From assembly GCA_016199245.1 (NCBI GenBank), contig JACQHC010000150.1:1-50735 (forward strand): DNA of 50,735 nt, in the 5' to 3' direction. The DNA is from Gemmatimonadota bacterium (GTDB taxonomy: Bacteria > Gemmatimonadota > Gemmatimonadetes > Gemmatimonadales > GWC2-71-9). This document shows, in pieces, positions 45,765 through 50,735 of this stretch; positions within the stretch are counted from its first letter, which is position 1; every line of letters begins with the position of its first letter. The notes under the pieces are model-generated. The model was not told the origin of the DNA. It worked only from the letters and a program-made list of their open reading frames with translations, and did no database searches. Made by a program: the position numbers and the translations under genes.

Positions 45765-46574
45765 CTAAGCCAGCGAGGACTCCCTGCGCGCCTCGCTGAT
45801 CACCGCCAGCAACTCGCTCGCCGAAAACGGCATGCGCACCGTCCGCACCGCCCCAAACTGCCGGGCGGCGGCGAGGGGATCGGCGAGGCCGTATGACGTC
45901 CTGGGAGACATGGCGACGACGGTTGCGTCCGGGAACTTCGCCCGCAATTGCCGGATGGCGTCCTGGCCGTCCAGCACGGCGGCCGCGGACAGGTCCACGA
46001 TCACGACGTCAGCGGGGCTCGCTCCATAGGAACGGAGCGCGCTCTCAACGTCACCGGCATCGGTCACGTCGTGACCCGCGCTCGCGAGCATCGACCGCAG
46101 TCCGCTCCGAATCGCCTCCGTCCCCGCCACGACGAGCACCCGCGCGATCCAGGTGTTGCTGACCACCGCGGCCTTGCCGCAGCGCGAGCAGCTGACCTTC
46201 CTCACCCTGTCCGCGCCGCGGTGCCGCTCGGGCGAGAGCACGAAGCTGCCCGCGCACGCCGGGCACGTCCCGCGGTGCCCGGGCGTGTGGAACATGCGCT
46301 GGATGCGGATCACCTCTTCGGCGGTGTACGGGATGGGCGTGTCGCGCCGGCGGCGGAGCCGGCGGTCGAACATCAGCCGCCGTTCGGCGAGCCGGCGCCG
46401 GTCCGCCACGCGGCGATTCGGGCCGCTCCACGCCGCGCGCGCGACGGCCTGCGAGACCCCACGGCGCTCGCCCTGCCGCCGGTCCTTCCCCGATCGGCGC
46501 GTGCGCGCCGTGCGCCGATCCATCACCGAGCGTCGCTGCGGGGGTCGCGGGGCTGCGGGAGTCGCCTCGGGCAT
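45765..46574 (-). CDS. Arg-rich repeat + CxxC zinc ribbon + atypical receiver domain protein
   Basis: Multiple [DE]RR repeats; CPAC-x18-CSRC; receiver-like RVLVV...DVVIVDL...VVAMS...MPFS. Confidence 0.75.
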   Translation of the reverse strand: MPEATPAAPRPPQRRSVMDRRTARTRRSGKDRRQGERRGVSQAVARAAWSGPNRRVADRRRLAERRLMFDRRLRRRRDTPIPYTAEEVIRIQRMFHTPGHRGTCPACAGSFVLSPERHRGADRVRKVSCSRCGKAAVVSNTWIARVLVVAGTEAIRSGLRSMLASAGHDVTDAGDVESALRSYGASPADVVIVDLSAAAVLDGQDAIRQLRAKFPDATVVAMSPRTSYGLADPLAAARQFGAVRTVRMPFSASELLAVISEARRESSLA

Positions 46575-46651
46575 GCGTCCAAGGTAAAACGCCCATTGAC
46601 CGGGCGCACGCCCCATGCCATGTTGCGCGCACCATCCCGACAACCGACCCG

Positions 46652-48610
46652 ATGCGCTGGTGTCTATTCGTAGCCGCCGCCCCCTGGCTGGCGGCGCCGC
46701 TCCTCGCCCAGGCCCCCGTGATCACGCCGGCCGGAGATCCGTCCGTCCGGTCGGACACGATCTACCGGCTCGCCGTGAGTCCCGCCGATCATCCCGATGA
46801 GTCGTTCGTGTTCCTGCTCGATGACGGCGTGGTGGTGCACGAAGCGGACGGCCGGGGCCGCAGCACCTACCGCCAGGTCATTCAGATCCTCACGCGCGAA
46901 GCCGCCGAGCGCTGGGGCGAGCACACGTTCTCCTACGTGGACAAGCGGGAACGGCTCACGGTGAACTGGGTGCGCGTGGTGGGGCTCGACGGCAAGGTGA
47001 TCAGCGACGGCCCGACCCACGAGCAGGAAACCTCGGCGCCGGTGCCGATGCAGTACCCGGTGTACACGGACACGAAGATCCGCCGCGTCACGCTCGGCGG
47101 CGTGGCGCCGGGCACGATTGTGGACTTCAGCTACACGACCGAAGTGCTGGAGCCCGTCATGCCGAAGAGCTTTGGGAATTCCTGGAGCGTTACCACGGGC
47201 ACCCCCGTGCGCCGCTCCCGCCTCATCGTGGACGTGCCCGCCTCGCTCACCCCGCGGATTCAGGAGTGGAACGTGCGGTTTTCGCGCGAAACCCACACCG
47301 AGCGCGGCCGCCGCGTGCACGTGTGGGCCACGCGTGATGTCCCGGTCAACGATCCAGAACCCTTTGCGGCCTGGCCCAACGACGTTGACGTCTCGGTCAC
47401 GGTGGGCTCTCCGATCACGTGGGACGACATCGCGCGGTGGTACTGGGGTCTGGCCCGCGACCGATACGCCGTCACTCCCGATCTGGAGCAGGTATTCCGC
47501 CTCGCAACCGCGGGCGCTCGCACGCGCGCCGACTCCCTCCGCGCCCTGTACCGCTGGGTCGCGCAGGAGATCCGCTACGTCTCGCTGTCACTCGGCCGCG
47601 GAGGTTATCAGCCCCGCCTGGCCAGCGACGTGATTCGCACGAAGCTCGGGGACTGCAAGGACAAGGCGACGCTGCTCATCGCGCTCGCCGCCCGGATGAA
47701 CGTGACCGCCTACCCGGTGATCGTGAGCCTCGCGGGCCGCCCGGACAGCGCCATCCCGACGCCCGGCGCGTTCGATCACGTCATCGTGGCCGTGGACGAG
47801 GACGGCAAGCGGACCTTCGCCGATCCCACGGCCGAGCTCGCGCCGTTCGGCGAGCTGGCACCCGGGCTCCAGGGCGAGTTCGGACTCCTGGTCCACCAGG
47901 ACGGGCACGGCGAGCTCCTCACCCTGCCGGAAACGCCGCCCAGCGCCAACGGCAGCGCGACCGTGTTGCGGGGAGAGCTCGGGACCGACGGCTCGTTCAC
48001 GGGACACTACTCGCAGACGGTGAGCGGTTCCACCCAGTACCAGTTGCGCGAATCACTGTCGAGCGTAGGCAACCTGACGGCGAGCGAGCGAGAGCGGATG
48101 ACCCGGGCGCTCGCGGGCGGCGTGTTCGAGGGCGCGAGCGGTGACAGCCTGTCGGTGTTCGACGGACGGGACCTGGATGCCGTGCCGCGGATCTCGCTCA
48201 AGATCAACGCCGCCCGCGCGGCGACGCGGTCAGGACCGGACTACATCTTCAAGCTGCCGATCCCGAGCTACCCGCTGTCGCAGCTCGTGGCGGAGCTGGA
48301 ATCGCGTTCATCGCGCCGGTATCCCATCGATGTCGAGGAGTTGTTCGGACCGTCCACCATCGAATGGGCGCTGGAGGTCGTTGTTCCCGAAGGCTGGCGT
48401 GCTCGGCTGCCGGCGAGCGTGGACGCGACGAGCCGGTTCGGCAGCTACCGGTCGACGTATGCGCAGGACGGTCGCACGCTCCGCGTGGAACGGCTGGTGA
48501 CCGGCCAGAAGGGCGTGGAGCCGCCCGAGCGGATCGGCGAGCTGATCACGTGGTTGAAGGCGATCGCCGCCGACGACGTGCCGTATATCGTGTTCGAGGT
48601 GGCGAGGTAA
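46652..48610 (+). CDS. Exported DUF3857 + transglutaminase-like domain protein
   Basis: Signal peptide; IRYVSLSLGRGGYQP; GDCKDKA (Cys), FDHVI (His) and DPT (Asp). Confidence 0.88.
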   Translation: MRWCLFVAAAPWLAAPLLAQAPVITPAGDPSVRSDTIYRLAVSPADHPDESFVFLLDDGVVVHEADGRGRSTYRQVIQILTREAAERWGEHTFSYVDKRERLTVNWVRVVGLDGKVISDGPTHEQETSAPVPMQYPVYTDTKIRRVTLGGVAPGTIVDFSYTTEVLEPVMPKSFGNSWSVTTGTPVRRSRLIVDVPASLTPRIQEWNVRFSRETHTERGRRVHVWATRDVPVNDPEPFAAWPNDVDVSVTVGSPITWDDIARWYWGLARDRYAVTPDLEQVFRLATAGARTRADSLRALYRWVAQEIRYVSLSLGRGGYQPRLASDVIRTKLGDCKDKATLLIALAARMNVTAYPVIVSLAGRPDSAIPTPGAFDHVIVAVDEDGKRTFADPTAELAPFGELAPGLQGEFGLLVHQDGHGELLTLPETPPSANGSATVLRGELGTDGSFTGHYSQTVSGSTQYQLRESLSSVGNLTASERERMTRALAGGVFEGASGDSLSVFDGRDLDAVPRISLKINAARAATRSGPDYIFKLPIPSYPLSQLVAELESRSSRRYPIDVEELFGPSTIEWALEVVVPEGWRARLPASVDATSRFGSYRSTYAQDGRTLRVERLVTGQKGVEPPERIGELITWLKAIAADDVPYIVFEVAR

Positions 48611-48640
48611 TCGCGACTGAAGTCGCGAAACCCCCGTTTC
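48611..48640. terminator. Hairpin between convergent genes, possible terminator
   Basis: TCGCGAC-tgaa-GTCGCGA followed by GAAAC-cccc-GTTTC; no strong U-tract. Confidence 0.35.
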
Positions 48641-48655
48641 ATCGCGAATCCTGCC

Positions 48656-50107
48656 TCACCAATACCCCAAGACTCGCCACCACGCGACGCCCACGGTCAT
48701 CCAGATCGCCAGGCTCGCCACGGATGCAATCAGCCCGACGCGCCACCACGCAGCCTGCGTGACGTAGCCCGCCCCGAAGTAGATCGGCCCGGGCGTGGTG
48801 CCGTAGTGCGTGAGCCCGGCCATCAGGTTGGAGCAATAGGCGAGCGAGAAGACGGCGATTCCCGCCGGCGCTCCCGCCGCGAGCATGACCGCGAGGAACG
48901 GCGTGTACATGGCCGTGGCATGCGCCGTGATGCTGGCGAAGCCGTAGTGCGCGTAGAAGTACACCAGGAGCAGGCCGATCAGGGCGCCCCACCACGGCCA
49001 CCCCTGTGTGAACCCCGCGGTCGCCTGCGCGAATCGGTCGGTGATGCCCGTGCCGGCGAGCGCGCCCGCGAGCTGCACCAGCCCCCCGTACCAGATGAAC
49101 ACGTCCCACCCTCCCCGTTCGGACTTCACATCTTCCCAATCGATCACTCCGGAGAGCAGCAGGACGCAAATCCCGAGCAGCGCCACCGCGGCATAGTGGA
49201 TCTCGTGGAGGGCCGTGGTCATCCACAGGGCGGCCACCAGGCTGAAGACCAGCATCATCAGCTTTTCGGAGCGGGACATGGGCCCCATCCGCTCGAGCTC
49301 CTCACGCGCGATCTCGGCGGCGCGAGGCGTGTGGGTGATCTCGGGCGGCGACAGGCGATACACCAGGAGCCCCGCGACGGCGAGGCCCAGCAGGCCCGGC
49401 ACGATCGCCCCCGCGAACCACCGGCTGTAGGACAGCTCGATACTCGCCGTTTGCATGGCGAAGGACGCGATGAGCGCGTTGGAGGCTTGTCCCGTGAGGA
49501 AGATCGCGCAGTTCACCACGCAGCACTGGTACAGCAGGATCATGAGGAAGGCGCCCAGGCGGCCCGCGGTGGGGCCGGGCTCGGAGTCATACGCGGTCGC
49601 CAGGCTCTTTGCGATGGGAAAGACAATGCCGCCGGACCGCGCCGCGTTGGACGGGATGAAGCTCGCCAGCACGAACTCGGTGAGCGCGAGCGAGTACCCC
49701 AGGCCCAGAGAGCGCTTCCCCAGCGCGCGGATGAACCAGAACGCGATGCGCCGGCCCAATCCCGTCTTGATCATGCCGCGGGACATGAAGAATGCCGCCA
49801 GCACCAGCCACACAATCGGATCGCCGTACCCCGCGAGCGCCTGCGCCACCGGCTGGATGCCGAGGATCGCCGTGGCGCCCACGCCCAGCAGCACCATGGC
49901 CCCGCCCGGCAGTGGTTGCACCGTGAGGCCAAGCACCGTCGCGACGAAGACCGCGAACAGGTGCCAGGAGTCAGCGGTGATTCCGGAGGGCCTGGGCGCC
50001 ACGGCGATTGCGAGACCGACGCCCAGCACGAGAGCCCAGCGCGCCGCGCGCTCGCGAAACCCGGGCTTCAGGGGCGGCGAATCGGTGGTGACGGCCCGCT
50101 CTGCCAC
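48656..50107 (-). CDS. DASS family anion transporter (CitT / 2-oxoglutarate-malate translocator-like)
   Basis: KTGLGRRIA, PSNAARSGG, YFYAHYGFASITAH and THYGTTPGPIYFG motifs. Confidence 0.92.
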   Translation of the reverse strand: MAERAVTTDSPPLKPGFRERAARWALVLGVGLAIAVAPRPSGITADSWHLFAVFVATVLGLTVQPLPGGAMVLLGVGATAILGIQPVAQALAGYGDPIVWLVLAAFFMSRGMIKTGLGRRIAFWFIRALGKRSLGLGYSLALTEFVLASFIPSNAARSGGIVFPIAKSLATAYDSEPGPTAGRLGAFLMILLYQCCVVNCAIFLTGQASNALIASFAMQTASIELSYSRWFAGAIVPGLLGLAVAGLLVYRLSPPEITHTPRAAEIAREELERMGPMSRSEKLMMLVFSLVAALWMTTALHEIHYAAVALLGICVLLLSGVIDWEDVKSERGGWDVFIWYGGLVQLAGALAGTGITDRFAQATAGFTQGWPWWGALIGLLLVYFYAHYGFASITAHATAMYTPFLAVMLAAGAPAGIAVFSLAYCSNLMAGLTHYGTTPGPIYFGAGYVTQAAWWRVGLIASVASLAIWMTVGVAWWRVLGYW

Positions 50108-50224
50108 CTGGGCGGTTGGGCTCAGGGCAACTCCGTGGGACGGGTGAGTTTTACGCGCTGCCGGTTACAGCCGCGCCGCGAAAGTACAGTGCGCCTGGCC
50201 CCCGCGTCCACACCGAGCTTGCGC

Positions 50225-50735
50225 TCATGGGATGGTGTCGGACCGGACGGCGGGCGTGTCCACGCGCGGGCGAAGGGAATCCGCCGGACCCGCTCCCGTA
50301 TCGATCCGCGTTGAATCTCGGATCACGATCGAGTCCCGCACCACACGCAGCAGCGAGTCCAGGTCCGGCGTCGCCAGCCCGACTGTGTCAGCGGGTGACA
50401 GTGCACCGGGCGCCTCACCTACCGCCCGCCAGAGAAACGGTGCCGCGTCCATCCGGCGCCGGATTTCACTCACGTACCGCCGGTAGCCAGCCGTCCTCAC
50501 GCCGGGATGCCACGTGGAGGGGCGCGGCAGACCGGCCGCGAGCTCCGCTGCTTCGTCCTCCGTGAGCCATTCGGCCGACTTGCCGAAGTAGGTCCCCGCT
50601 GCCGCCTCGGCGCCGTACACGCCGCGCCCGAACTCCACGACATTGAGATACAGCTCGAGAATCCGCCGCTTGGAGAGATGGCGCTCGAGCCGTCTGGTGA
50701 GCACGGCCTCCTTGAGCTTGCGCAGCGGATTGCGC
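50225..50735 (-). CDS. mtgA: Monofunctional peptidoglycan transglycosylase, 3' part (runs off the window)
   Basis: RKLKEAVLTRRLERHLSKRRILELYLNVVEFGRGVYGAEAAA GT51 motifs with no transpeptidase domain after. Confidence 0.85.
   Translation of the reverse strand, partial: RNPLRKLKEAVLTRRLERHLSKRRILELYLNVVEFGRGVYGAEAAAGTYFGKSAEWLTEDEAAELAAGLPRPSTWHPGVRTAGYRRYVSEIRRRMDAAPFLWRAVGEAPGALSPADTVGLATPDLDSLLRVVRDSIVIRDSTRIDTGAGPADSLRPRVDTPAVRSDTIP

Overview
High-GC bacterial chromosomal region that looks like Gemmatimonadota (inferred from gene style and a paralogous Hanks-kinase expansion). It is mostly housekeeping and signalling, with no rRNA, tRNA, CRISPR array or intact mobile element detected. From the start it carries: a 5'-disrupted SDR and a triply frameshifted GMC oxidoreductase; an acyl-CoA dehydrogenase, an IDH/IPMDH-family enzyme, cstA, an MFS transporter, a DUF885 protein and a LeuA-like enzyme; five Ser/Thr kinases; a TPM-TPM-nucleotidyltransferase-LemA cluster; the Fo+delta half of the ATP synthase operon; MoxR and a MacA/MacB-type exporter lacking its ATPase; an Uma2 protein, a DUF3857 transglutaminase, a DASS transporter and partial mtgA. 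The best candidates for undescribed biology are: (1) a cupredoxin-like protein + porin + sensor/HAMP Ser/Thr kinase module; (2) the LemA/TPM/atypical nucleotidyltransferase module, in which one TPM gene appears to start at CTG; (3) a structured RNA between atpB and atpE; (4) an Arg-rich, Zn-ribbon pseudo-receiver resembling c-di-GMP-binding Cle proteins; (5) a pervasive family of phased 7-10 bp-period degenerate repeats at gene boundaries, often as inverted arms, with one copy in-frame inside a CDS. All calls come from reading motifs by eye; no database searches were run.
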